The position numbers were made by a program, and so were the translations under genes. A DNA stretch of 64,000 nt from Lama guanicoe (Eukaryota): positions 20,357,082-20,421,081 of the forward strand of contig MU054323.1 of assembly GCA_013239625.1 (NCBI GenBank), read 5' to 3'. Positions within the stretch are counted from its first letter, which is position 1; each line of letters opens with the position of its first letter. This document shows, piece after piece, positions 11,875 through 24,690 of this stretch. Under the pieces are notes generated by a model, which saw nothing but the letters and a program-made list of their open reading frames with translations, was not told the origin of the DNA and searched no databases.

Positions 11875-12950
11875 ATATATATACCTTTTCATATTCTTTT
11901 TCATTATAGGCTGTTACAAGATATTGAATATAGTTCCCTGTGCTATACAGTAGGACTTTGTTTATTTATTTTATATATAGTAGATTGTATCCGCAAATCC
12001 CGAACTCCCAGTTTATCCCTCTCCCAATAATTTATATTTGAATTCTTTTTCTCTTGCTCTAAAAATATTAGTTCTTTACAACTCTTAAATAATTACTTAA
12101 TCATTTATTTGCTTTATCCTACCACACACACAGAATAGTTTCGAAATAGTATCAATATTATTTCTAGAAAAAATTATTTCTAATAGTAAGATTATTGTTT
12201 ACAGTTTAAAATTCTTTTGTGATTCCTTTTATCCTTAGTTTGTATTCAAAATGCAGTATATAAATTATTGTGTTTTAAAGCCAAAGTAATTTTTCTGTGT
12301 ATGGCTATGTTATCAACTTGATACACAGTGAATGCTGTTTGATTTAGTTTGTTTTACATTTTTAGAGATTCCTTTTTTTCTTTTTATTTATCTAAAATAT
12401 TTACATGCTTCCAAAGTTAAAACTATAAAACAGGTTTATTCAGAGAAGTCTAGCTTCTAACCTTGTCCTCTAATCCTGTTTCCTCTTTCTCTGTATAAGT
12501 AATAATTTAAAAATTACACTTTTGATTTGTCTTTCCTTTGTTTATCTTAAAAAATATAAGGAAATTCACACTTATCTTTGTATTCCACTTCGTTTCCTTC
12601 TTCAAAAGCTCTGCTCTTCCTTGCTGATTTCACTAACAGTATATTTGAAGATTATTTCAAAGTTGCAGCTAGAAGGCTTCCTCACTCCTTATCACAGCTG
12701 CATGGTGCTCTATGCCTGTGGGTGTCCCACTGTTTATTGTCAGTCCTCTGCTCATGAATGTTTGGGTTGTTTTCAGTCTTCTGGTTTTGTAGATGGTGCT
12801 GCAATGAAGAGATTTGTTCACACTGTTTTGGATATTTTGCTAGTATATCTTTGAGATGGATTCTACACATGGGATTGCTGGTCTGAGGGATGGATATCTG
12901 TCTATAAAAACTGTATAATTATGTATTTAGCAATTTGTATTATATATAAA
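8750..12950 (-). mobile_element. Stack of nested old L1 fragments (L1MC/L1MB/L1ME-type 3'UTR and ORF2 remnants)
   Basis: T-rich plus strand with many antisense L1 hallmarks (ttgattgggttgtttgtc-like, aagaaatctttgcctaaccc, ggtagaattcactagtgaaac, gttgttcaagtcttct); minus ORF 10434-10616 resembles L1 ORF2 (LPKLIYRFN...IDKLILKFIWK). Confidence 0.8.
11775..12025 (-). mobile_element. Younger artiodactyl-type L1 3' end with (TA)n/(TG)n microsatellites
   Basis: ttttattgaagtatagttgattt...acaagatattgaatatagttccctgtgctatacagtagga; related to copies at 27668, 57440 and 60894. Confidence 0.8.
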
Positions 12951-13127
12951 ATATAATGTATTTAATACATAATGTTATATATAACATATACATCAACTAT
13001 ATAATATATATTATATATATAACATTTTCCAGATGTGCAAAATAATCTTTAAAGAGAGTTTTTGATGTGATAATCCATGAATGTGAGGACTCTAGAAATC
13101 ACATCGTAAGAGTAATGGTTGGACAGC

Positions 13128-13279
13128 TATCATATGATGTCACATGTGGAATCTAAAAATCTAATACAAGTGAACTTATTTACAAAACACAAGTAGACTC
13201 ACAGACATAGAAAACAAACTTATGGTTACCAAAAGGGAAAGCCAGGGACAGGGGTGGGGAGGGATTGAAAAAAAAAAAA
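13128..13279 (+). mobile_element. Short L1 3'UTR fragment ending in poly(A)
   Basis: atgtggaatctaaaaa...acaagtgaacttatttacaaaaca...gactcacagacatagaaaacaaacttatggttaccaaaaggg followed by an A run. Confidence 0.75.
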
Positions 13280-14104
13280 GAACAGTGGTTGAAGGGCCTG
13301 GGCTGACTGATGCTAGACGGGGCATGCCCCTGTCCTCCACTTGCAGGGGAGGCGCCGCTAAGTGCCTTTCCCCAGCATGTATTTAAGGAAGGGGCACTTG
13401 ATGGAGGCTCTGACCTAAGGCATGGCTGGCTGAGGAGCCCAGCTCACAGGGATGCCCTGAAGAGAACCCCAAGCTTAGAAAAAGCCCACGAGATTCCACA
13501 CTCAGCCCTGCCTGGTACTTCTGGCCCTTGGACTCCCTCCTGTTGCCTTCAGCTTAACCCATTTCTGTTTTATTTTTTAGTCTTATAGTGTTTAGTCATT
13601 AAAAAAAATCTTTTAACTTTACTTAACCAGTTATCTTATTATCTGCATATTTCCCGAATTATTCTTGTCTTTTAAAAAATTATGTTCCCTTTTAACCATT
13701 TTATTCTTTTGAAAACTCTTGTTAATGAGTAGATTCTGTCTCTTTAAAACTTTCATTACGACTTTCCCTCCGTATCTAGTCTTTTCATGCATTTCTTTGT
13801 CTTCTTTCAACTTTCTCTTCTAAATTTATTTTTATCTTCTCCTATCTATTTTCTTTGTTTTAACTGAAACTGTAAAACTGAATTCTCTTTGTTTCTATGC
13901 TCCCTGCTGGCTGGCTGGTCCCTTGGGAGCAAAGGCAGGCAACTGGGGTAGAGTTTGGGCTGTGGGAAAACCTGGGGGTGGGGTGAGGATCTTTTCTGCC
14001 TTCGGTTGCCTCCCTGCCTTTCCCCACAAAGTCCTTGACAACCCTGACCTAAATGATCCAGGGAACCTGATGCCCCTCTTAGTTCCTGTAACAATAAGCC
14101 ACCT

Positions 14105-14460
14105 ATGACGACTACAGTTGAAGCTGCAAGGAGTGTGGATCCTGGAGAAGAGTGGGCTGAAGGGGGATATATGACCTGCTTTCAGATATTCCTGAAAGGA
14201 GTAGACATATTCAGTGTTGACCTAGAGGAAAGGACGTGAACCTAGAATCAGAGCCTGTGGGTGATGATGACAAGGAAGCAAGTTTATTTTTTAAATGATT
14301 AGCACTGTTGAGAAATGGGATGGGTTGACTGGTGAAACAGTGTGTTTCCCAGCTTTAAAAGTGATGGAGCAGAAGCTGGGATATAGTAGAAGAGTATCGT
14401 GCATTGGTTGGGGAGGTTGGGAGGCTTCTGAGGTCTGTTTTAGCGCTAAGATTCTTAGTC
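14105..14460 (+). mobile_element. L3/CR1 LINE 3' end
   Basis: cctggagaagagtgggctgaagggggatat...tgctttcagatat...aaatgggatgggttgactggtgaaacagtgtgtttccc...tctgaggtctgttttagcgctaagattct resembles the CR1/L3 3' terminus. Confidence 0.6.
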
Positions 14461-14464
14461 CTTG

Positions 14465-14900
14465 TTTCAGAAAAGAGACATTGTACAGTAGATTTTGTTG
14501 CTATCTTCCCAGCTCTGGTCCCTGCTTTCAGAGATGGGCATGTGACTCAGAACAAACCAATCAGAGTCCTTCCATGGGATGTTTCTATTTTGAGCCATCT
14601 GCAAAGGGTCCTTTTTCCTTTTTGTTTAGAAACATAAAAAGTATAAATCCAGAGCTTCCTGCAGCTCCCAGCAGATAATCTGTCTTTCTAGTTGAGCTGT
14701 TTGGCCTGGGAGAATGAAGGCTACATTTAACGTGTAGCAGGGACAGGGATAAAGAGGCTGAAAATGTTAGGGTCTCTGATTCTTAAGACTAGCTTCTTCA
14801 GTTCTCTTTCTGTAGTTTGAATGTTCAAGCTAAAAAAATGCCGCTTTGCGTTGGCCAGATAGACTTGGACTTCTCACTTGTAACCAAAAAGGGTCTTGAC
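14465..14900 (+). mobile_element. MLT1-type MaLR LTR (degenerate)
   Basis: gatgggcatgtgactcagaacaaaccaatcagagtc ... ttggacttctcacttgtaaccaaaaagggtcttgact. Confidence 0.5.
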
Positions 14901-15069
14901 TGGCATAGTTGTTATTGTACAAAACATCATTTTACACTGATGACTGATTTTTCAAATTTCTTTGAGAATTCCTTTCAGAAAGAAAAAGCAGCATCCAGTC
15001 ATTCATACTATTAAACTGGCCCGGGGATACAGTTAGTAGGTACTTCCTTGTGCCTTTGTACAAAGCCCA

Positions 15070-15895
15070 GCCCTCTCCATCAGCACGCTTGGCATCTCCA
15101 CTTGAATGACTCATCCAAAAGCACAACACTTGATTTTTTTCCCCCTCCCATACCTGCTTCTCCCCGAGTCTTTCCCAGCCCACAAATGATCCATTCACCT
15201 AGATTTTAAGTGAAAAATTTAGGTGGCAGCCTTCAATGTCCCCCTCTTCTCCTCCATGTACCTAATCCATCAGCAAGTCCCGTGTGTCCCCCGTTGTGTA
15301 TCCTGAACCCTGCCCTTCCCTCCTGCAGATTCTGTCATCTCCTGCTTGGACTCTGTGGTAGCCTCTTAACTGACTTCCTGCTTCCACTTCTCGTCCCTCT
15401 CCCAGAAGGCCAAATGAGCCTTTAATAACATAAATCAGATCCTGTCATTTCCTTGGTTAAAACCATTGACAGCTTCCCATTGCATACAGAATAAAATGCA
15501 CGGGCCTGCGGTGGTGCAGAAGGCCCCACATATCTGCACTGGCCCCTGCCCACCTCTACAACCTCAGCTCTGTCACTCTGTCCCCACTTACAATGCCCCA
15601 GCCACTCTCATCTTTCTGTTCCTTGTTTTTGCCTTGGGGCCTTTGCAGTGGCTGTTCCTTCTCCTCGAACATCTTCACCCAAACTTAGGGGGCTGGCTCC
15701 CAAGCCTCCAGGGCTTAGTCAAATATCACCGCCTCAGAGATGCCTTTGAATATAGGATAGTAGTATTTACTACTATCTAAAATTATTGTGTTTATATAAG
15801 TGGCAATTGCTTATCTCTCAACCTTAGGATATTAATTCCTCCTGTGCCAAGCCAGTAGGCCCTCAACAAAGAATGAATGAATGAATGAATGAATG
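15070..15895 (+). mobile_element. L2 LINE 3' part with (GAAT)n tail
   Basis: aatccatcagcaagtcc, agcctcttaactgacttcctgcttccac, cttcccattgcatacagaataaaa, ending agtaggccctcaacaaa(gaat)6. Confidence 0.8.
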
Positions 15896-16240
15896 ATAAT
15901 AGAGAAACAACAGGTGGGCGCAAGCATTAAAGCTGAGCAAAGAACAAGGGCCCCGTTGCTGCTGGTTTACTTTGTAGATTCAGGAGCCAAGGTGTGGTTA
16001 CTGAGTATTCCACACCTCAGGTGGCTTCCCATCTAGTTGAAGAATATGTTCCCACCAGAAGCTGATGAGAAAATACACACAGAGGGTGGTCTGTTTGGGC
16101 AGTGACTTGGTGTTGGTAAGAATCACCTGGGGAGTGTTACAGTGCACAGTCCTGAGCTATAGCCAACGATTCTGTCATATCCTAGAACTGGACTCCGAGG
16201 AAAGGTAAGGACTGGGTGGCCAGTGCATCCAGGCTGACCT

Positions 16241-16282
16241 CACCCAAGGTCCCTCAGTTTTTAGCACCCAAGGTCCCTCAGT
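16241..16282. repeat. 18-bp direct repeat, period 24
   Basis: cacccaaggtccctcagt at 16241-16258 and 16265-16282. Confidence 0.9.
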
Positions 16283-16489
16283 CCCTGGTTAACCAGGCCG
16301 GTCAGTCACCTTCAACTGGAGGTGTTCAGAGAGAGGCAAATAGCAGTTGGAGGACCAGCTTGGAATGGCTTCTTGGAGGAGCTGAGAGAAAACCACTTCC
16401 TATCCTAGACTTTGTGTGTTGACTCTCCCCCGGCCCTGCCTTTGGGTCAGTCTAGGTTTCCCAGGCACTGAGCCCAGACAGAAGGGAAA

Positions 16490-16710
16490 GGGAACTATTA
16501 TTTCTTGAACACCTGCAGTGAGCCCAGCCACTGCTGTAGGGCCATTATTACCTAATCTATTCCTCAGCAGCATTTTTACTGCTCCCATTTTAGAGACAGG
16601 ACACTGAGGCTCATGAGGTTATGTAATTGCCTGAGCGCAGACATATGGCAACCAGAGGAGATGGGAGTGACCCAGTTCACCTGATGCAGAAGCCCAGGCC
16701 CTTTCCTACG
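16490..16710 (-). mobile_element. MIR SINE
   Basis: cccattttagagacaggacactgaggctcatgaggttatgtaattgcc. Confidence 0.7.
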
Positions 16711-18009
16711 TGTTTTTGCAATGTGTATGGGGGTGTGCGCGTCAGAGATGTGACTGGGACCTCAGCTTGACAGCTATCCTTCAGCCTTCAAGAATGGGGC
16801 TCTCCTGGGCTGTAGGGAAGCCCCCAGCAACTAGACAGTGAAATAGTTAGGGAAGAGGCACCCAGGAGGTGTCTGTTTAGGGGCTGACTCCTGCCTAGCT
16901 GTGCAGATGGCCCCCTACCACGAGGTGGCACTGTGGCTCTGCCTTAGAAGGCTCCCCCAGTGCTGGAGCCAGAGCAGGACCAGCCACAGGACCACTGCTG
17001 AGCCTTATTTTATCTGCAGCCTGCAGGACAACCTGGGGCCTTTTCAGAGCTTTCTGCCTTTCATGGACTCTGGCAAGCCAAGGAGAGAGGGGACAGAGGG
17101 GCTGGAAATCTGGAGAGGAGGAGTCTTGGGCCAGTGCAGAGTCTTGGCAGTGAGGGTAACCGTCCAGCACAGCTGTCAGGAGGAGGGGCAGGGACTGCTG
17201 TCCTGGGACTAATGGGACACTGGCTCAAATCATCTCCCAGCATGTGCAAAACCCATCGGGAACAGTGGACTTGCTCCCCTGTGGTGGGTGCCGGGGGTGG
17301 GGCTTGGACAGAGAAGATAAACTTTTCCCATCTGATAAACTGTTTTGGTCACGTGAAGGCCTGGGCTGGGGGGAGGAATGGCCCCCAGTCATCTGCCTTT
17401 CAGCCTCCTGCTGACCACAGGACATCCTTAGCCAGGTCACAGAAAAGGTCTCCTTCCATCCCCTGGCTGCTCCTGATGTTCTGGAAAATGTGCTGGCCCT
17501 TGGGAGCTGGATCTTTTATCACCTGTTTTGTATCCAAGGCTCTACCCCAGGGCTCAGGACTTCGAGATTCTCATCGATAAACATCACCACCATGACAAAC
17601 GTTCAGCTTGTCTTCGGAGCCCCTGCCAGTGCCAAGTCGTGATATGTATCAGCTGCTTACCAGCAGGGTCGATCAGCAGCGTTGATGTCAGAACATAAAA
17701 TAATGTCCAACCTCAATGGCTACAGTTTTCCTCCTGCTCCTTAAGGCTTCCCTGAGCGGGCAGCCTGTGGGACCTCCTCAGCCCACCGGAGTGCAAGTGT
17801 TTAGCAAAGTCCATCTGTGAGCGGACTGTGATGGTGGGGAAGGAGAGGGAGGGAAGGAGGGTGCAGGGGGCCTTGGGGAAGAGGGGTGCTTGGAAGTGGG
17901 ACAGGGAAGCAGGGAGCAGAGGGTGGGGGCTGCTGGAGACAAACTCAGTCACTTTTACAATTCTGCCTTTCCCTCCTCCCTGGGCTGAGGGCTGGGGCAG
18001 AAGCTGCCC

Positions 18010-18530
18010 TTAGGAATTTTTTTTACTTATAAATTTTCATTTATCAACTGCTCACATAGAATCAGTGAACATATTTTGTTTGATTTATGTTTAAAATGTC
18101 ATCTTTTTCTTTTTTATTCAGTAGGTAATACAAAGTATTAAAATTCAAAGGTTCATAATAAGTAAAGTTTTCCTGTTTAATATATAAAAGCACAACCTAA
18201 TTCTCCCAACAGAAAAGCAACAAGGACAGTAAAAGACATACGTGGGAAAAACGTGGAAAGGGTGTCGAAAACTCTTCCCCTGAAGTGTGTGCTTGCCTTT
18301 ATTTTGAGATTTTGTTTTTTAGTTGTTGTTGATGTACAGAAGTTTCAACATTTTGTTAAGTCATGTCTTTCCCCGTATGATCTCTCCTCTGCCTGGAAGT
18401 CATTGCCCATCCTGAGATCTGTTAAACAGTCTTTTTCTTCAGTTGTGTTTTTATGGCTTCATAGTTTTCCCTCTAAGCCACCTCTGAGAAGTTTCCGTTA
18501 GTGATGTGGTTATAAGATGGAGCGGAGGGT
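18010..18530 (-). mobile_element. Old L1 fragments
   Basis: AT-rich island containing ttgatgtacagaagtttcaacatttt and aagtcattgcccatcctgagatc, antisense L1 ORF2-like. Confidence 0.45.
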
Positions 18531-21500
18531 GGTGCCTTTGAAGGTCATTTGGGCTCAGACTCCGGCCCTAGCTCTGAACCATCCATCGTTTCCCCACTTG
18601 GCAGTTATCCACAACAGGACAAAGGCTGCGAGGGGCCGGTGTCCTCCTTGCTGGAGGAGAGCTGGGGGAACTGACCCTGCTGTAGGGACCTGGGACGGGT
18701 CGGGCCAACTCTGGTTACAGTCTGAGCACCCTTGTCACCTGATCCTCGGACATAGAGGAGCCAAATGTGGGCGATTCTGGTAGGCAGCCTATGACTCGGG
18801 GAGTGTTTCCCACCAGGCCACAGGACAGGCCTGGAATCCAGGGACTGGGGCATCAGGGAGACTTTAAGACTGAGAACTCTGAACAGGGACCATGGTGGAC
18901 CCAGTTTGGGGGAGGCCCTCTGGGATATGGAGGAGCCCAGTTAATTGGCCAGGGGTCCCCCCTGGCAGCCAGCCTGCTCTTATGCCATTTCAGAAAATGG
19001 CACTGAAGTGGCTGAAATGATCTGTGTGGTAATGTGTGTGTGACTCCTTAGGAAACAAAGTCACTGTGGACATATGTCAGGTCCTGAGTCATTCCCACCT
19101 GGTGCCTCAGTCCCAGCAGGAGGATGTAGATGCCTCACCTTCCCCTCACACCATTTCCCTGGATGTTGGGGATGGCCCTCTCAACCTTGTTCAAAAGGGA
19201 CAGGGCCCAGGACACACTTGTCTGAGCACTGATTTGAGGACACAGCTCTTGGCTAGGAGGCAGAAGACTAAATGTTGCCTTCAAGCCCTCCCCAGTCATG
19301 TGATATCAGACGACATTCTGCTTTTACTTGGGTATCAATTTACTCATCGATAAAATGAGATGAATGGTATTGCTCCATCCAGGGAACCAGATGACCAGAT
19401 GAGGGAATAGGTGAGACACTGTTCTGGAAAAAAAGGAAAGCAAATCATTTGAGGGCAAGATTCAGAGGCCAGTGGAACGTGGTTCCCCAGCTGGGCGGCC
19501 TCTCCCCAGGGCCCCAGCAGGTGGCAGTATCGCCTTCTGCACGTGTGGCTCTCCCCGCCCCTCCTTCTGACACCCAGCCTGTAGGACCTTGGACCTCACT
19601 TCATTCACACCCAAATTCCCACCTCCCAGGGGAAAGATGAGGAATCCAAACAGCCTCTGAGACAGCAGACAAGACAAGGAGCCTGAATGCCCTGGATGGG
19701 ACAGGCCTGGAAAGAGAATTAAAACCTTGTTCTTTCTCTCAAAAAAGCATTGATAAGGTTGCAGAGGGGACTTGTGCATGAGCCATCCTGCTCTGCCACG
19801 ACCTGTCCCACACCACCTAAGGGAGGCTGGGACCTGTCCTCTACCCAGGTCATTGTCTTTAGTTGGACAGGCCAGCTGGCATTTCAGTGGGGACAGGGGA
19901 GGGTCATCTATTTTTGAGCAACAGGGTTTGAAAATTTCACTCGCATTTCAATTCATCTGTGCAGAAAAAAAGAAAGTTGCTTATTCATTATATAACTAAT
20001 CTGGCTTTTTCCACAACCTGTATCTGATGAGTAGTGAGTAAAAGTGAAATATTCAACTTGCTTTAAACATCATGCGACCCAACAGCCTGTCGTATTAAGT
20101 GATGCTCGTTTCTCTCAGAGAAGATTGTTCGGTTTTCAGATTGCCTTCCTCAGCTTCTCCCACTAAGATGAGGTCGAGGTGTGTGGACAGACAAGGGCCG
20201 CTTATGTGACATCTGGCAGAAGCAAGGCGCTGGGATTCTGGGGTGTGGTGTCCTCTGGTTTCCCGGCAGGGTCCTTGTCCCTGCTGGCCACGGGCTGTAC
20301 TTGAAGCTGAGTTTATGTAACTCCTGGTCTGGCCAGAGCCCCCATGATACCCCCAGCTGACCAGCCCGCTGCACCTGGGTTCTCCTGGCTGTGTCCCACA
20401 GGGCCTCCCGCTGACCCAGTAGCGCCCCCTTCTTTCCTGTGGCATCTCCTTGTTGTGCGGCCCTGACCCCAGCTGACCTATTGGCTCATAGCTTGGTAGC
20501 CAGGCCTGTGGGAACTGAAGTTGGCCTGTGAAGTGGAACTTCTGAGGCTCTTCTGCCTCCTCACCCTCCCGCCCCCCAGAGCCCTGATGGTGGGTTCAGA
20601 GCAGCCTGGGAGGCTGGGACAGGGGCCTCAGCGGGGTTCCCTTTTAGAACAAAGCAGATGGGTCGTTGTCTTCTTGCCTGGGCATCTGTTACTAAAAATG
20701 CCGTAATTACGCCCAAGGAGAGAGATGAAGGCATCCAGAAAATATGATCTCAAGAGAAAAGCCTGGTTTAGAAGATGTTTGACCTACTGCATAATCATAT
20801 TTTGAATGATGCCAAGCATTACAGCATTTTTCTTCTGTGCTTTCTATGTCAAACCTTCATCCTAGTCTCTCCTCAGGCAGAGATGGATGCCTCGGGCCAA
20901 GGAAGATGAAGGTCATGTATTCATAAAGGCAAGAAAGGAAAGCACATTCATAAATTTTCAAAAATCCTTTTATGCTTGAAATGTTGCCAACATTGGATAA
21001 TGGAACCAGGGGAAACATAACAGGTAAAATGTGAAGGCTTTCTCCATGAGGATAATTCCCTGTCTTGCTCCTGTTAGACTCTGAGCTTTCAGGGAGGATA
21101 CACAGTGATTTGGAAGTAGACGCCACTCAGCAGGAAAAAAGGGCACACACTGAAAAGCTGGCCCAGCCCAGCAAGGGGCCTTCCTGAGTGTCCTGGGGCC
21201 CAGGCAAGATCAAGGCGATGATAGGATGAAAGGAAGGCTCTTATTGGTGGGCTCCTCTCCAGGCTCCTCGTTTGCCCTCTCCTATTAGAGGAAAGAAGAC
21301 ACAGGCAATTCAAGCTAACTGGGATCCTGGGACAGAGGGTGGGTGGTGGGTGTAATTCACTGGCCCCCACTCCATGCTGTGGGCAGGCAGGCAGCCATGG
21401 TGGGAGTCTTCCTCTCTCACCCAGCTCACTCAGGAAGGACATCTCAACAGGCAGGGCTGGCAGGCCATTCACTGGCACGTGTGTCTGGATACGTGCTTAG

Positions 21501-21789
21501 CGGTTTGCATTCACATGTGTTTCCATGTGAATACCTGTAGAACCCCTGGGGTAGTGCGGGACACCATAAGCATGAAATAACTGCCCACTGTTACTGTTGC
21601 TGGAGGCAGAGAAAGGTCTCAGACACTTACACATGTGTAGAGACACAGACACCCAGATGTGTACATTCTCATGCTCAGAGACATACAGACACTCACAAAC
21701 CTCGGCCTAGAAGCACTTGACTCTGTATTTGTAGATGTGGATGTACAGTCACCGGTAGTGATTACAACCTACTGGAAATTTCCTACACA

Positions 21790-22000
21790 GTAGGCATTGT
21801 TCTAATGCTATACAAGAGGATTAAGCAATTGAATCCTTACAACAACTTTGTGAAGCAAGTATTGTTATCTATCCCAATTAACAGATGGGTGAGTTGAGTC
21901 ACACAGAGGTGACAGCTCAAGGTCACAAAGCTAGTCATTGGGAAACTTGGGATTCAAGCCCAGGCAGTCAGGCTTAAGAGCAAATCACCACTGGCTGTTC
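21790..22000 (-). mobile_element. MIR SINE
   Basis: aatccttacaacaactttgtgaag...atcccaattaacagatg...aaggtcacaaagctagt...gggattcaagcccaggcagtc. Confidence 0.75.
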
Positions 22001-22699
22001 TGTCGTCTTTCTCACAGACACCCCAGGCTTTACCACAGACTTTCCTACAGATGTGGAGAAACCTCCTACGTACAAGTAGACGCATTTCCACTGTCACAGG
22101 ACACGTCCTGAGGCTTGGAATCCCCACCACTTGCATGCTGAACCGTGGCTTAGAATCTTGCAGAACGTTCTAGCCTTCTGACTAACTGGCCGAATGTGAT
22201 AGTGTTTGTTCTTGGTGGGTGGACTTTCAAATGGCTCCAGTCTTGGCACCTTCTGTAGTGAATGTTGGGTTCACAGCCCCCACTCTTTTGGGGGGCTCAG
22301 CATGGTTTCAGGGAGGAGGCCAGATTTACCTTCATCTCTAGGGGCTAAATCAAGTTTTGATCTCAGGACCCCTGGCTTCTTCCCACCCCTTGTCCTTTGC
22401 TAGTGCAGGGTACTCCCCTTAGTGATGGTCTTAATATCTCTGTGTTTGCTCAAGCCTGGCTTTTGTGGTCCTTCCATCCCAGGGCCAGGTATCTCCTGGT
22501 CCCCTGGACTTCCTGAGGTCTAGGGAAGAGGTCTCTGCACAAAGGGGAGAGCAAGGAGGGTCAACTAAGCTCTAAGGGGCTGCCTCGATGGCCTTTCATG
22601 GCCCCTGGCTGAGTGGACACTGCCCTGGATGTGGGCTTTGACCCAAGGCCAGGCTTGGGTGGGCAGTGAGGATCCATTGTCCCAGAAAGTTAGAGTGAG

Positions 22700-22850
22700 T
22701 TGGGGACTTTGAAATCATCTAGCCCAGTGCTCTCATTTTATAGGCTGGAAAACTGAGTCTCTGAGATGGGAAGGGATGTGCCTGAGGTCACCTCGCAAAT
22801 CTTCAACCCCAAGTCTTAACTCCAAGTCTAATGTTCAGTGTGTCATAGGA
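22700..22850 (-). mobile_element. MIR SINE
   Basis: ctcattttataggctggaaaactgagtctctgagatgggaaggg...tgaggtcac. Confidence 0.6.
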
Positions 22851-23219
22851 TGTGGCTCCATTGAGGGGGGGAGACTAAGTCTTCCCAAGTGCACAAGTTA
22901 TGGGAATTCAGGACAAACTAGAGATGTGGGCATCCAAAGTAACAGTTCCTTTTTCTGGGTGGCTGACTACAGTTTTCATCCAGACCCAAGGAGACCTTTT
23001 AAAAAGAACTCTGGCTGTTCTGTGGCTGTGACATGGGAGACACCTCTGTTTCCAGCCAGGGCCCTGGCTTTGAGAAGACTTTGGCCTAAGAAGATCTGAA
23101 CACCTGCCTTAATTCATTAGCATTTACCTTGAGAAACAATCCTCACACAAATCTGCATCTACCCCATCTTTCTCCTGGACTGTTCTCTCTGTTGGCAAAC
23201 GTTGCCTTTGGCCCTTCCT

Positions 23220-23430
23220 ATGAGCCAGGCTCTGTTCTTAGCACTTTACCTGTGTTACTCATTTAATCTTCCCAACCACTGTCATCATCATCGTCATCAT
23301 ACCCATTTTATCCATGAGGAAACTGAGGCACAAAGGGATTAAATAATTGGCCTGAGGCGCCCAGGTTAGAAAGGGTCAGCGTGAGGACTCAAACCCAGGC
23401 AGTGACCCCTCCACACCAAAGCTGTGAGCT
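23220..23430 (-). mobile_element. MIR SINE
   Basis: ctcatttaatcttcccaacc...cccattttatccatgaggaaactgaggcac...ggactcaaacccaggcagt. Confidence 0.8.
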
Positions 23431-24690
23431 GGTCCTCCAGTGTGAGGGTCAGCCATCACCCCCAGCTACTCCCCTGGGAAGTGACCCTCTAGATCAGTAA
23501 GGAGAGAGCTCAGGCAGGCAGAGAGCTGCACATAAGCCCTAGACATGCGCCACCTTGGGATACCGATCACCCGCCTGCATACCTTGCACAGTTCAGACAC
23601 ACACGCGAGCCTGGCCACACATATCCTGGCTTTCCTGGTCTTCAAGAAGCTGCAGCTCTTGCCCCAGCTCAACCTCCCCATCCCCTTTTTTCTTCTCCCC
23701 ATGTACACTTTTGATTAAATATGGGCAGATGCTTTTCACTTTAATTTTGCAAAGAAAAGATTAGGGCTTTTCAGAAACAATTCTTAGAAGGAAACTATAG
23801 GGAAAGGAAGCATATTTGAAACTGTAGAAATGGGTGAATGTGGAAAGCATGGATCTCAGTTACTCATCAGTAGGAAACTGACTCAGTTTGACTGCAGACC
23901 CCTCCTAGCCTAACATGGGCCCTGGGCCCAGACCTGGGGGCCTCAGAAGGTTGTGATGTTCTCCAGCACAAGCCAGGTTTTAGGATGCTTAGGGGATAGG
24001 TTTAGCTCTGTAGTGTTCCCACACCTGGTCCTAGGCCAGGCCAGGCCATTCAGATTTGGCCAGTGGAGCAGTGATGGGGCAGGCGGGCTTCTCAGCATCC
24101 CACCCCACCTCACGCTCCTCTCTGGTCTTTGCTGGTGTGGTGGCTCAGGTGTTCCTTCTGGCCTTAAAAGTGCACCCTCTCTTCTGGTGCTTCAGTGCTT
24201 CTGGCTCCTACCTTGGTCAGGCACCTATTTCTTTGTTCTAGTGACAGTCACTCCTGGGGGGTAAGAAGAAGGCCCACAGACCATATATCTAAGTATTTAA
24301 AAGTTGTAAGTCAGGCTAACAAACTACTAATTAAAATATGTTGTGTCCTTCAACCTTGACAAGTTTACCTTCAAGATGATAAAACTGAAAAGACAAATAA
24401 AGTTATGATTTTTATATGACTGGGTGTTTTCAAAATATTGAAGACAACTGAATTGAATTATTAGGTTTCTGTTGATGGGCCAATGACGTTTGAATGAATA
24501 ATTAAAGCTTTATATTATAAAGACATTTATGATTCATAAATTAGTATATATTTGTTCTTTAAAATCTATTTTCTGGCCTTAATTTTAGCAAAATTAGAAA
24601 CCATGATTTTAAAATAGAGAACTCAGAATTTGTCTTCTATTGATAGTAATCTAAAGGATTAAAAATAAAATGCATTTGTATTCAGCGTAG

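Noticed and set aside
17570..19354. Shared 12-mer ctcatcgataaa at 17570 and 19343
   Set aside because: The second copy sits in a MIR-like core (ctcatctgtaaaatg derivative), so the match is probably coincidental.
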